Assembly (NCBI GenBank): GCA_965215335.1
Contig: CBDCDA010000002.1
Coordinates: 1,120,001-1,184,000 of the forward strand
Direction: 5' to 3'
Length of the DNA: 64,000 bases
From: an uncultured Candidatus Entotheonella sp.
GTDB lineage: Bacteria > Tectomicrobia > Entotheonellia > Entotheonellales > Entotheonellaceae
A program made the position numbers and the translations under genes. A model generated the notes under the pieces. The model was not told where the DNA came from and made no database searches. It saw only the letters and a list, made by a program, of their open reading frames with translations. Positions 20,132 to 29,673 of this stretch are shown in pieces. Position 1 is the first letter of the stretch. The number at the start of each line of letters is the position of its first letter.

Positions 20132-22783
20132 ATGGACGCCACCATGACGACGCCATTGCAGCCAACGGGCGCGGTGTTTCATCGCTGCGCCCTGCAAGTG
20201 AATCCGCACCGCGACGGCGAGGCGCCGTCGCATGCCGCGGCGATTGTCGCCAAGGCCGTCGAACTCGGCGTGTCCGTGCTCGCCGTTATCGGTCCCGGCA
20301 GCGTGAGCGGCGTGGCGGCGCTCCGCGCCGCGACCGCGGGGCAGGGCATCACCCTGTTCCCCGGCTTTGAACTGACGGCCGCCGAGGGCCTGCACGTCCT
20401 TTGCATCTACCCGCCGGGCACGGACGAGGAGCAGCTCGAACGGTTTCTCGGCACGTTTGGAGTCGGCCTTGCTGCGCCTGCCACCGACCCGTCGAGCGCG
20501 TCGTTCGAGAACGTGCTGACAAGGGTCCGCTTGCAGGGTGGCGTGGCGATTGCCGCGCCTGCGGCGCCCGACGTCGGCCTGTTCAACGTCTTGTCGGCGC
20601 AGGCGTGGCGCAGCGAGGACCTGCTCGCCGTCCGCATTCCCGGACCTGTCGAGGAGCTTCCTGAAGACGCGCGCTACATCCTCGAGAACCGCAATGCGGA
20701 CTACCGGCGTGCCCATCCCGCGGGCGACAAGCAGGCTGTCGCCGTGGTCAGCGCGAAAGACGTTGCGACCGCTGCGGACCTCGAACATCCTGCCGCCACC
20801 TGCCGGATCAAGATGTCCGAGGTGAGTATCGAGGGCTTGCGGCAGGCGTTTCTGGACCCGGACTCGCGCATCCGCCTCAATCGTCAGGACGGCGAGGCGG
20901 AAGCCGAGGCGCACACCGAGCTGCTGACCCTGGCGTGGGAGGGGGGCTTTCTGGACGGCGCGAACATCTCGCTGAATCCCAACCTCAACGTCCTGGTCGG
21001 CGGCCACGGCGCCGGCAAGTCAACGATCATCGAAAGCCTGCGCTACGTGCTGGCCCTGGACCCCGTCGGCGAAGAGGCGGGCAAGGCCCACAACGGCATC
21101 GTGCGCCACGTGCTGCGCAGCGGCACCAAGGTCTCGTTGCGCGTGCGCTGCTATCGCCCGGCGACGCGCGAGTACCTGATCGAGCGCACCGTTCCCAACC
21201 CCCCCGTGGTCCGCGACGAAAACGGCCTGGTCTCCAACCTGCCGCCCGCGGACATCCTGCCGCGCGTCGAGGTGTACGGCCAGCACGAGATCTCGGAGCT
21301 CGCCCGCAGCGGCGAGAAACTCACCCGCTTGCTCGACCGCTTCACCCAGTCCGACCCGTCGATGGCCAGACGCAAGGCCGGCCTGCGCCGTGACCTCAGG
21401 AAGACACGGGAAGCCCTGCTGGACGTGCAGGCGGAGTTGCGGCACATCGAAGAGCGGCTGGCGGCCCTGCCTGGCCTGGAAGAGACCCTCGAACGCTTCC
21501 GGGAGGTCGGGCTTGAAGACCGCTTGCGTGGGCGTAGCCTGCTGGTGCGCGGGGAGCAGGTGATGGACTCCATCCCCGAGCGCCTGCGCACCTTCCGCGA
21601 CGGTCTGGAGACCATGCGGCAGGAGCTTCCCCTCAATCGCGTGTTCCTGTCGCCCGAAGCGCTTGCGGACCTGCCGGGCCGGGACATCCTCGGCGGCGCG
21701 GACCGCGTGCTGGAGCACCTGAGCGGCGATCTCCAGGCGGTCGTGCGGCAACTGGACGGAGCCCTGACACGCGCCGACGACGGCATCGCCGAGGTGCGTT
21801 CCCGCTGGGACCGGCACCGGCTCGAGGTGCAGGCCGCCTACGAAGCCATTTTGCGCGAGCTGCAGCAGGCTGCGGTGGACGGCGAGGAGTTCATCCGCCT
21901 GCGGGGCGAGGTCGAGGGACTGCGTCCGTTGCAGGACCGCCAGTCGCTGTTGCAGCAGCAGGAAAGCGAATACCTGAACCGCCGCCGGGCGCTGCTGGCC
22001 GAGTGGGAGGACGTCAAGGCCGAGGAATTCCGCGCCCTCGACCGGGCGGCGCAGAACGTCAGCGGCAGGCTGACCGGCCGCGTTCAGGTGGAAGTCACGG
22101 CGGCGGGCAACCGGGAGCCGCTGGGCACGCTGCTGCGCAACCGCATCGGCGGCAATCTCAAGAGCACGATCGAAAAACTGGCGGCTCTGGATACGATGTC
22201 CCTGGTCGATCTGGCCGCCGCCTGCCGCGACGGCGCCGATGCCCTGATCGACGCCTACGGCCTGACTGCGGGCCAGGCGCGAAACATCGCCGAGGCCGGG
22301 CCCGACATTGCCCTGCGCATCGAAGAGCTGGAACTGCCGCCCACCACCACCATCCGGCTCAACACCGCGCCGTCCGGCGCGCCGCCGTCGTGGCAGGCGC
22401 TCGACGCGCTGTCGATCGGCCAGAAGGCCACCGCGGTGCTGCTGCTCCTGCTGCTCGAATCCGATGCGCCGTTGATTCTGGACCAGCCCGAAGGCGACCT
22501 CGACAACCGGTCCATTACCGAGGGTATCGTGCCCCGGATGCGCGAGGAAAAGCAGCGCCGGCAGTTCATCTTTTCGACCCACAACGCCAACATCCCGGTG
22601 CTCGGCGACGCCGAACTGATCCTCGGTCTGACCGCCTCGGGCGAAGCCGGTGGCGGGCGGGCGCGCATCGAGCCGGAGCACCTGGGCTCGATTGATACCC
22701 AGCCGGTGCGCGCGCTGGTGGAGGATATTCTGGAAGGCGGCAAGGACGCCTTTGAGACGAGACGGCTCAAGTACGGCTTCTGA
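20132..22783 (+). CDS. PHP-domain + ABC/SMC-like ATPase fusion (Ppl/TrlF-like), PHP domain degenerate
   Basis: FHRCALQVNP, PGFEL, GLRQAFLDPDSRI, Walker A GGHGAGKST, coiled coil, LSIGQK, LILDQPE, STHNAN; AGGAG RBS. Confidence 0.85.
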   Translation: MDATMTTPLQPTGAVFHRCALQVNPHRDGEAPSHAAAIVAKAVELGVSVLAVIGPGSVSGVAALRAATAGQGITLFPGFELTAAEGLHVLCIYPPGTDEEQLERFLGTFGVGLAAPATDPSSASFENVLTRVRLQGGVAIAAPAAPDVGLFNVLSAQAWRSEDLLAVRIPGPVEELPEDARYILENRNADYRRAHPAGDKQAVAVVSAKDVATAADLEHPAATCRIKMSEVSIEGLRQAFLDPDSRIRLNRQDGEAEAEAHTELLTLAWEGGFLDGANISLNPNLNVLVGGHGAGKSTIIESLRYVLALDPVGEEAGKAHNGIVRHVLRSGTKVSLRVRCYRPATREYLIERTVPNPPVVRDENGLVSNLPPADILPRVEVYGQHEISELARSGEKLTRLLDRFTQSDPSMARRKAGLRRDLRKTREALLDVQAELRHIEERLAALPGLEETLERFREVGLEDRLRGRSLLVRGEQVMDSIPERLRTFRDGLETMRQELPLNRVFLSPEALADLPGRDILGGADRVLEHLSGDLQAVVRQLDGALTRADDGIAEVRSRWDRHRLEVQAAYEAILRELQQAAVDGEEFIRLRGEVEGLRPLQDRQSLLQQQESEYLNRRRALLAEWEDVKAEEFRALDRAAQNVSGRLTGRVQVEVTAAGNREPLGTLLRNRIGGNLKSTIEKLAALDTMSLVDLAAACRDGADALIDAYGLTAGQARNIAEAGPDIALRIEELELPPTTTIRLNTAPSGAPPSWQALDALSIGQKATAVLLLLLLESDAPLILDQPEGDLDNRSITEGIVPRMREEKQRRQFIFSTHNANIPVLGDAELILGLTASGEAGGGRARIEPEHLGSIDTQPVRALVEDILEGGKDAFETRRLKYGF

Positions 22784-22808
22784 GAACAGCCCTGAACGAG
22801 GAACAATC

Positions 22809-23525
22809 ATGTGCGGTCGCTTTGCCCAGCAACTGAGCGAAGGCGAGATTCACGACCTGTACGGTCTGGCGGAATCCACGCTGCCGCTGGCGTTGTCCCC
22901 ACGCTACAACGGCGCGCCGACGCAGGACTTCGCGGCGTGCCGGCTCGATGACACTGGCCGCCGTGTCATGGCCAGGCTGCGCTGGGGACTGGTGCCGTCC
23001 TGGGCGAAGGACGTCGGAATCGGTGCGCGGCTGATCAATGCACGGGCGGAGACGGTGGGCGACAAGCCGGCGTACCGGGCGGCCTTTCGCGCCCGCCGGT
23101 GCCTGGTGCCGGCCAATGGCTGGTTCGAGTGGCAGCGTGCCGGGCGGAGCAAGCAGCCCTGGTTTGTCGCCCTGACGGATGGCTCGCCGGTGTCGTTCGC
23201 GGCGCTGTGGGAGCCCTGGGACAAGGTGGAAGGCTGTCTGGAAACCTTCACGATCATTACCACGGAAGCCTGCGAGAGTCTGGCGGACATCCATCACCGA
23301 CAACCCGCGATGATCCATTCCGACCATTTCGTCGATTGGCTTGATCCCGCCTCGCGGCCCGAGCAACTCCTCGATCTGGTTCGTGAGCCTTGCGCCGGCC
23401 CCTTCGAGAAACGTCCCGTCAGCACCCGGGTGAACAGTGTCGCCAATAACGACGCAGGCATCCTGACCCGCGCGCGCTTGGCCACACGGCACGGTTCTGT
23501 GGAGCCAGGACTGTTTGACCGGTAG
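22809..23525 (+). CDS. SOS response-associated peptidase (SRAP/YedK/HMCES family)
   Basis: N-terminal MCGRF, RWGLVP, INARAET, RCLVPANGWFEW, IHHRQP. Confidence 0.93.
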   Translation: MCGRFAQQLSEGEIHDLYGLAESTLPLALSPRYNGAPTQDFAACRLDDTGRRVMARLRWGLVPSWAKDVGIGARLINARAETVGDKPAYRAAFRARRCLVPANGWFEWQRAGRSKQPWFVALTDGSPVSFAALWEPWDKVEGCLETFTIITTEACESLADIHHRQPAMIHSDHFVDWLDPASRPEQLLDLVREPCAGPFEKRPVSTRVNSVANNDAGILTRARLATRHGSVEPGLFDR

Positions 23526-23625
23526 AGGGAGCGGCCAACCGAACTCGACATGGAAGCGCGGCGATCGTTCCTGCCAGCAGTGCGCGGCCTACGCGGTGGG
23601 AGACTGGGTAAAGATAAAGAGAAAC

Positions 23626-24513
23626 TCACCGATTCAGCGCGGCGGCCATGGCCAGCACGCGCCGGGCGGATTCGACGATGGGGTAGTCGATGAACTGGCC
23701 GTCGAGCTGGATGGCGGCCAGGCCGTCGGCTTCGGCCTGGGTGAAGGCATCGACGACACGGGTGGCGAAGGCGATGTCGGTGGCCGAGGGGGAGAAGACG
23801 GTATTGATCGGTTCCACTTGGCCAGGGTGGATGGCCATCTTGCCTTGAAAGCCGAGTTGCCTGGCGGTGCGGGCGCTGCGGGTGAGACCGCGTTGGTCGC
23901 GCAGGTCGACCCAGACGGTATCAAGGGGCGGTTCAAGGCCGGCGGCGCGGCAGGCGATGACCAGGGCGGAGCGGGCGTACTGGCTTTCGATTTCGCGCCG
24001 TGACCAGGCGACGCCGATGTCGCGGGTGAAGTCGCCGGCGCCGAAGGCGAGGCGTTTGACGCGCGTGCCGGCGGCGGCGATGTCGTAGGCGTGCTGCACG
24101 GCGAGGGCGGTCTCGATAATGGGGATGACGTCAACGCTGCCGGGCGCGAGGCCGTGCTGCGTTTCCAGTCCTTGCAGCAGCGTGTCGGCGCGGCGCAGGT
24201 CGTCGGGCGATTCCACCTTGGGCAGGATGATGCCCGCCAGGCCGGGGCGCGCCACCGCGACCAGGTCCGCCTCGCCGATGGGTTGCGAAAATCCTGCCGC
24301 CGCCGTCAATGGGTTGATGCGCACGTACACCGGGCAGGTGTCGATGTCACCGACCGCTTCGCGCACCGCCTGTCGAGTGGCTTCCTTTTCGCTGACCGGC
24401 ACTGCATCTTCGAGGTCCAGGATCACGGCGTCGGCGCCACACTGTCCTACCTTTTGCAGCATGTGCGGGCGGTTGCCGGGGGCGAACAACAGGCTTCGCA
24501 GCGGGCTTGGCAT
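23626..24513 (-). CDS. CitE-like CoA-ester lyase (HpcH/HpaI aldolase/citrate lyase family)
   Basis: RSLLFAPGNRP, ILDLEDAVP, LPKVES, IIET, FGAGD, GFQGKMAIHP. Confidence 0.92.
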   Translation of the reverse strand: MPSPLRSLLFAPGNRPHMLQKVGQCGADAVILDLEDAVPVSEKEATRQAVREAVGDIDTCPVYVRINPLTAAAGFSQPIGEADLVAVARPGLAGIILPKVESPDDLRRADTLLQGLETQHGLAPGSVDVIPIIETALAVQHAYDIAAAGTRVKRLAFGAGDFTRDIGVAWSRREIESQYARSALVIACRAAGLEPPLDTVWVDLRDQRGLTRSARTARQLGFQGKMAIHPGQVEPINTVFSPSATDIAFATRVVDAFTQAEADGLAAIQLDGQFIDYPIVESARRVLAMAAALNR

Positions 24514-24639
24514 CGTCCGGGTTCTCCAGTGTCGGGAAGGCTTGTCCGGGAACGGACATTCTGCCACAATCGCCGCATCGCCGCCAGTTCCAACATGCCG
24601 ATACGGCACGCCAGCGACAAGGAAAACAGGAGATGGTTC

Positions 24640-25377
24640 ATGCGCGAAAACCGCATCAAGCACCAATTGCGAGCGGGCCGGACGGCGATTGCCGTCTCTG
24701 GCCATCACAATGCGGACATGATCGATTTTCTCGGCCAATTCGGCTTCGACGGCGTGTGGCTCGAGGGCGAGCACGGTCCCGTGGACTGGGACGCCATCGG
24801 CGACTTGTCGCGCGCCTGCGACCTGTGGGGCATGGCGTCGGTGACGCGCGTGAACAGCAACGACCCCGGCACCATCATGCGCGCCCTCGACCGCGGCACC
24901 CTGGGCATCGTGGTGCCGCACGTCAACACCCGAGAAGCCGCCGAGCAGGCCATGAAGTCGGCCAAATACGCCCCGGTCGGCTATCGCGGCATGTTCGGCG
25001 GCCGGCAGTCCTTCGGGGTGCCGGATTACTACCAGCGCGCCAATGACCAGACCCTCATCGTCGTGCTCATCGAGGAGATCGAGGCGGTCGACAACCTCGC
25101 CGACATCCTCACCGTGGACGACATCGACGTGTTCTTCGTCGCCCCCGCCGACCTCGCCCAGACCATGGGGCACATCGGCAACCACACCCACCCGGACGTG
25201 CAGGCCACCATCGACAGGGCCCTGGCCCAGATCGTCGCCGCCGGCAGAACGGCGGGCACGCTGGTGACGGACGACACCGTGGCGCGTTACCGCAGCGCCG
25301 GAGTGCGCTTCTTCCTGACGGGCTGGCCCAACTGGGTGGCGCAGGGCGCCAAGGCTTTCCTGCAGCGGGCGCGGTGA
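24640..25377 (+). CDS. HpcH/HpaI-family aldolase
   Basis: WLEGEHG, GIVVPHV, KYAPVGYRG, LIEE, FVAPADL. Confidence 0.9.
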   Translation: MRENRIKHQLRAGRTAIAVSGHHNADMIDFLGQFGFDGVWLEGEHGPVDWDAIGDLSRACDLWGMASVTRVNSNDPGTIMRALDRGTLGIVVPHVNTREAAEQAMKSAKYAPVGYRGMFGGRQSFGVPDYYQRANDQTLIVVLIEEIEAVDNLADILTVDDIDVFFVAPADLAQTMGHIGNHTHPDVQATIDRALAQIVAAGRTAGTLVTDDTVARYRSAGVRFFLTGWPNWVAQGAKAFLQRAR

Positions 25378-25380
25378 CGC

Positions 25381-26529
25381 TCAGCCCTTCTTCAACGCCG
25401 GAATCACGTCCCGTCCCAGCAGTTCCAGGGAACGCATGACCGCCTTGTGCGGCATGGCGCCGGCCTGAGCCTCCAGCAACAGGGAGCCAAAGCCGAGCCG
25501 CTCCTGCATGTGGCCGAGCTTTTCCAGCACGGTCTGCGGGCTGCCCACCACCAGGTGATAGGCGTCCTGCAATTCCTCGTAGGTAAGCAGGTGCAGCGGC
25601 TTGCGGTCACCGCTCGGCGCGCCGCCGCGGTGCGGACGCAGGGGCCGCCGGCGCCCGAGGTAGCCCGGCGGCGCCCAGTACTCCACGGGGCCGCGCAGCG
25701 GATGCCCCATGCGCCACAGGTAATGCTTGCCGATCGTCTGCGCCTCCTCGTCCGTGTCCGCGCACACGCAGCACACCATGTAGGCAAAATTATCTGATGT
25801 GGCCTCGTGGCCGGCCGCGGTGGCGTGTTCCCGGTAGGCGTCATACAGGCGCACCGTGGCGTCCATCGGCACCAGGAACGCGGCGTACGTGTAGCCGTGC
25901 TGCGCCGCCCACACGATGGTCTCCGGGCTGCCGGTGCCCGGCACCCAGATCGGCGGGTGCGGCTTCTGCACCGGCAGCACCCAGGGATTGATGACCCGGA
26001 AATGGTAGTGGGTGCCTTCCCAGCGAAACGGCCCGGGCCGCGTCCAGGCGGCCAGCATGAGGTCGTGGCATTCCTCGAAGCGCTCGCGGTTGTGGTTCGG
26101 GATGGTGTTGTTGGCCCACGACTCGATGCCGATGCCGCGCACCACCCCGGCGATGATGCGGCCGCCGGAAATGACGTCCGCCATGGCCACCTCTTCGGCG
26201 AGGCGCACCGGGTTGTCGGTCGTCGGCAGCATGTTGCCCAGCAGCAGGATCCTGGCCCGCCTGGTGACCCGCGCCAGCACCGCGGCGGACAGGTTGACCG
26301 CCACGTCCATGCACGACGGCGTGTTGTGGTGCTCGTTGATCATCAGGCCGTCAAACCCCACCTCTTCGGCCCATTGGTACTGGTCGAAATAATCCCTGAA
26401 CAGGCCGTGCGCGGTGTTGGCGTCGAAATAGGCGTTGGGGAAGGTCAGGCGCATGGAGGGGTAGCGCTCCGCTTCCGTCTCGTCGAAGGCGGCGTAGGGC
26501 ATCTCGGTGAAGTAGTAGACGTCGACCAT
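25381..26529 (-). CDS. LLM-class flavin-dependent oxidoreductase
   Basis: AEEVGFDGLMINEHH, PVRLAEEVAMADVISGGR, PVQKPHPPIW. Confidence 0.92.
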   Translation of the reverse strand: MVDVYYFTEMPYAAFDETEAERYPSMRLTFPNAYFDANTAHGLFRDYFDQYQWAEEVGFDGLMINEHHNTPSCMDVAVNLSAAVLARVTRRARILLLGNMLPTTDNPVRLAEEVAMADVISGGRIIAGVVRGIGIESWANNTIPNHNRERFEECHDLMLAAWTRPGPFRWEGTHYHFRVINPWVLPVQKPHPPIWVPGTGSPETIVWAAQHGYTYAAFLVPMDATVRLYDAYREHATAAGHEATSDNFAYMVCCVCADTDEEAQTIGKHYLWRMGHPLRGPVEYWAPPGYLGRRRPLRPHRGGAPSGDRKPLHLLTYEELQDAYHLVVGSPQTVLEKLGHMQERLGFGSLLLEAQAGAMPHKAVMRSLELLGRDVIPALKKG

Positions 26530-26549
26530 CTTGGTCTCCTTGATCCCAA

Positions 26550-27338
26550 TCAACCCGCGGTCAGGAAGGGCAGAACGGCGGCGAGGAATGCGTCGGGCCT
26601 TTCGACTTGCGGCGAATGGCCGCAGCGGTCGATCACGGTCAGCGCGGCGCCCGGGATGGCCTGCTGGTACAGTTCGCCGCACTCGACCGGCACGATGGCG
26701 TCCTGCTTGCCCCAGACGATCAGTGTCGGCAGCTTTACCTGGGCCATCAGGTGGGGCATCTTGGGGTTGTGCATGTAGGGTTTCCAGGTCAGCAGGGCGG
26801 CCATTTCACGGTCCCAGGCGGCGGTCTGGAGGTCTTCGTGGGTCAACTCCCCGAACAGGGCGTCGTAGTCCGGCACCTGTGAGGTGTCGTAGAACCGCAG
26901 CGCGACTCCTTCCTCAATGGTCATCAGGAAGATGTCGGCGATCTCGGCGTCGCGGGGTTTCATGCCGGCGGCGCCAACCAGCACCATGCGGCTGAGGGAC
27001 GCCGGATACATGGCGGCCATCTCTGCGGCCAGCCAGCCGCCCATGGAAAAGCCGATCACCGGCAACGGGCCGAGCCTTCTCTCCTCCATGAACCAGCGGT
27101 AGAAATAGGCCAGATCGTGCACCCGCTCCATCCAGTCGGGTCGGTCTGACGCGCCGAAGCCGGGGTGCGACGGCGCGATCACCCGAAAACGTGCCGCCAG
27201 TGCCTCGCAGTACGGCATCCAGCCCGGATTGCCACCGGCGCCGTGCAGTACCAGCAGCGGCTCGCCGCTGCCGCCGCTGAAGACCTGGGTGTCAAGGCCC
27301 GCTACGGTTATCGTTTCTTCCCGCCAATCGCTCGCCAC
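26550..27338 (-). CDS. Alpha/beta hydrolase
   Basis: VLHGAGG, PGFGAS, GFSMGG nucleophile elbow, WGKQD, CGHSP. Confidence 0.92.
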   Translation of the reverse strand: MASDWREETITVAGLDTQVFSGGSGEPLLVLHGAGGNPGWMPYCEALAARFRVIAPSHPGFGASDRPDWMERVHDLAYFYRWFMEERRLGPLPVIGFSMGGWLAAEMAAMYPASLSRMVLVGAAGMKPRDAEIADIFLMTIEEGVALRFYDTSQVPDYDALFGELTHEDLQTAAWDREMAALLTWKPYMHNPKMPHLMAQVKLPTLIVWGKQDAIVPVECGELYQQAIPGAALTVIDRCGHSPQVERPDAFLAAVLPFLTAG

Positions 27339-27425
27339 GCTGGTTCTCCTGTCGCTCGCTGCGTTCCGCTACTCCGTTCCCTGCGCACGCCTACGCTTTG
27401 CTTGCGGCGTGCCGTGGACGCGCCG

Positions 27426-27887
27426 CTACGCCAGGTCGCCGACGACGCGCAGCATCTCCCGCGGGTCCGGAAGGATGCCCGGCGAACAGGCCTGCCGGTA
27501 ACGGATGACGCCGCCCTTGTCGATGATGATCACCCCGCGCCGCGAGGTGCCTCGCTCCTCGTTCCACAGATCGTATGCCTGCGCCACTTGTCCCTTCGGG
27601 TGCCAATCCGACAGTTCCGGGTACGGCAGGCCGCCCATGGTGGCGGCCCAGGCACGATGCGCGGCGACGTGATCACAACTGATCCCCAGCACCTGGGTAT
27701 CCAGCTCCTCCAGCCGCTCGTGAATACGCCGGAAGGAGACCGCCTGCTCGGTTCAGCCGCCGGTGAAGTCGAAGACGTGGAAGGAGAGAATGACGTGCTT
27801 GTGCCCGCGGTACTGGATCAGGGTGACGTCGCCGTCGGTCGATGGAAGGGTAAACTCGGGCGCTGTCTGACCCACTTCCCCTGCCAT
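27426..27887 (-). CDS. AhpE-like peroxiredoxin with in-frame UGA at codon 45 (probable selenocysteine)
   Basis: ORFs 27753-28055 and 27426-27692 are one frame: GQTAPEFTLP...FDFTGG-UGA-TEQAVSF...LGISCD...LSDWHPKGQVAQAY...R; AAAGGA RBS. Confidence 0.9.
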
Positions 27888-27950
27888 GGTGTGTCCTTTC
27901 GGTTGAGGATTTGCGTGCGGGTGTGCGGCTTCAGGTTCGGGAACGGCGAC

Positions 27951-28044
27951 AGTATAGCGCAATTCGGGTTGGCCGCCCAAAGCGCCGTGGACGTCAGGCA
28001 AAGCGTTGTTTTTGCTTGACTCGCCTGGGGCAGAGGCATAGGGT
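27951..28044. promoter_or_regulatory. Divergent sigma70-type promoters
   Basis: Plus strand TTGACT(28016-21)-17 bp-TAGGGT(28039-44); minus strand TATACT at 27951-56 with TTGGGC 18 bp upstream. Confidence 0.5.
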
Positions 28045-28095
28045 GACGACATCATATCGGCTCATGGTTCTTTGGATTGCGTAGGGAGGGTCAAG

Positions 28096-29346
28096 ATGGC
28101 AAAGCCAGTCAGTCACGTGGTAACACGACCGGGAAGACGACAGGGTGATGCGGACGTCACGATTCCTGTTGCCGAAGAGCTCGCCACCGTACCGGGAATT
28201 CCTCTCAAGGAAGAAGACCTCAGCTTCTACAGCCGGGTGTACCCGCAGGAAACGCAAAACATCGAGAAAGCCGCCGACCGCGAGTGGGTATGGACGGTCT
28301 ACAGCGACGAGATGGCCGACTACCGGCGCTATCACGATGAGGTCAGCAAGCCGCTCATCGACGCCGCCGCGGTGTCCGGCGATCTGGAGCCGACCGGCAC
28401 GCCGGACCCGGAGCTGAACGTCACCGAGGCCATTCGCAGCAAAGCCCGCGAGCTGGGATTCAACGAAGTCGGGTTCACCAAGCACGACAAGCGCTTCACT
28501 TACACCCGCAAGAAACGCTGGATCAAGTACCCGCACGCGATTTGCCTGGCCCTGGAACAGGATTACGTGCAGACGCAGTCCATCCCCAGCATGGACGCGG
28601 AATACGCCCACTTCGGCACCTACGAGATGGAGGGCGCGTTCCTGCTGGACCTGGCCGACCATATCCGCTCCCTGGGCTATCACGCCCAGGTGCACAGCCC
28701 CAATGACAACAGCGCCCCGTACATTCCCATGTTCGTCAGCGCCGGCCTGGGCCAGCTCGGCGCCAACGGCCAGTTGCTGTCGCCGCATTTCGGGTCGCGC
28801 GCCCGCCTGGCGATGATCACCACCGACGCGCCGGTGACATACGACGAGCCCGTGGATTACGGCATTCACGAGTTCTGCCAGCGTTGTCAGGTATGCGCCA
28901 ACCGCTGCCCCGGTCGCGCCATCGTGCGCGACAAGGTGTGGTGGCGCGGTGTCGAGAAGAACAAGCTGATCTACGAGCGCTGCCGCCCGGTGATGGCGCG
29001 CTACGAAGGCTGCGCCGTGTGCATGAAGACCTGCCCGATTCAGCGCTTCGGCATGCCCGCGGTCATGGAGCATTTTGTCGAGACCGGCGAGGTGCTCGGC
29101 AAGGGCACGCACCTGCTTGAGGGCTACACCTTCAAGGAAAAGGGCTACCACGGTCCCGGCGAATTGCCGCAGTTCGACCGGCAGTTCTTCGAAATCCCGC
29201 ACGGGCGCAAGGAAGACTGGCTGTTCGAGCAGTTCAAGGAACGCCTGATGAAGGAGGGTGTCCCCGAGGAAAGCGGTCTGCAAGCGTTTGCGCAGCAGGT
29301 CAAGGTCATCCTGGATCAGGGGAACTCGACCATCGGCGACGAGTAG
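28096..29346 (+). CDS. Reductive dehalogenase-like (QueG/RdhA superfamily) 2x[4Fe-4S] protein
   Basis: LADHIRSLGYHAQ, AGLGQLGANG, FGSRARLAMITTD, CQRCQVCANRCP, CAVCMKTCP. Confidence 0.82.
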   Translation: MAKPVSHVVTRPGRRQGDADVTIPVAEELATVPGIPLKEEDLSFYSRVYPQETQNIEKAADREWVWTVYSDEMADYRRYHDEVSKPLIDAAAVSGDLEPTGTPDPELNVTEAIRSKARELGFNEVGFTKHDKRFTYTRKKRWIKYPHAICLALEQDYVQTQSIPSMDAEYAHFGTYEMEGAFLLDLADHIRSLGYHAQVHSPNDNSAPYIPMFVSAGLGQLGANGQLLSPHFGSRARLAMITTDAPVTYDEPVDYGIHEFCQRCQVCANRCPGRAIVRDKVWWRGVEKNKLIYERCRPVMARYEGCAVCMKTCPIQRFGMPAVMEHFVETGEVLGKGTHLLEGYTFKEKGYHGPGELPQFDRQFFEIPHGRKEDWLFEQFKERLMKEGVPEESGLQAFAQQVKVILDQGNSTIGDE

Positions 29347-29380
29347 GGTTCAGCCGACGAATTGACGAATGACGTAACGC

Positions 29381-29418
29381 ACGGGGCCGGCGCGGTTAGC
29401 TGGCCCCGTTGTGTTTCT
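29381..29418 (+). terminator. Intrinsic terminator
   Basis: ACGGGGCCGGC/GCTGGCCCCGT stem followed by TGTGTTTCT. Confidence 0.6.
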
Positions 29419-29440
29419 GGCACCAGAAGGAGGGAAGGGG

Positions 29441-29626
29441 ATGTTTGAGAAGGACCACCTGGACGCCTTGTTTATCGAGCTGGACAGCGAATGGCGCGGC
29501 TCGGCCGATTTCGACCAGCTGACCCGCGACGCCCACCTCGGCATCGCCCTCTGCGACGCCGGCCGGCCCCTGGAGGACCGCATCGACCCGCGCGTGATCG
29601 CGCTGATCGACAAGCACAAGCCATAG
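29441..29626 (+). CDS. Small hypothetical protein (61 aa)
   Basis: GGAGG RBS, GC3-biased codons. Confidence 0.65.
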   Translation: MFEKDHLDALFIELDSEWRGSADFDQLTRDAHLGIALCDAGRPLEDRIDPRVIALIDKHKP

Positions 29627-29673
29627 TGCCCGCGTGTGAACCCATACTGATCGCTTGGGAAAGGATTACGCCG

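Noticed and set aside
23525..23626. Possible attR at the right end of the defence island
   Set aside because: No copy of the tRNA-Asn 3' end seen by eye
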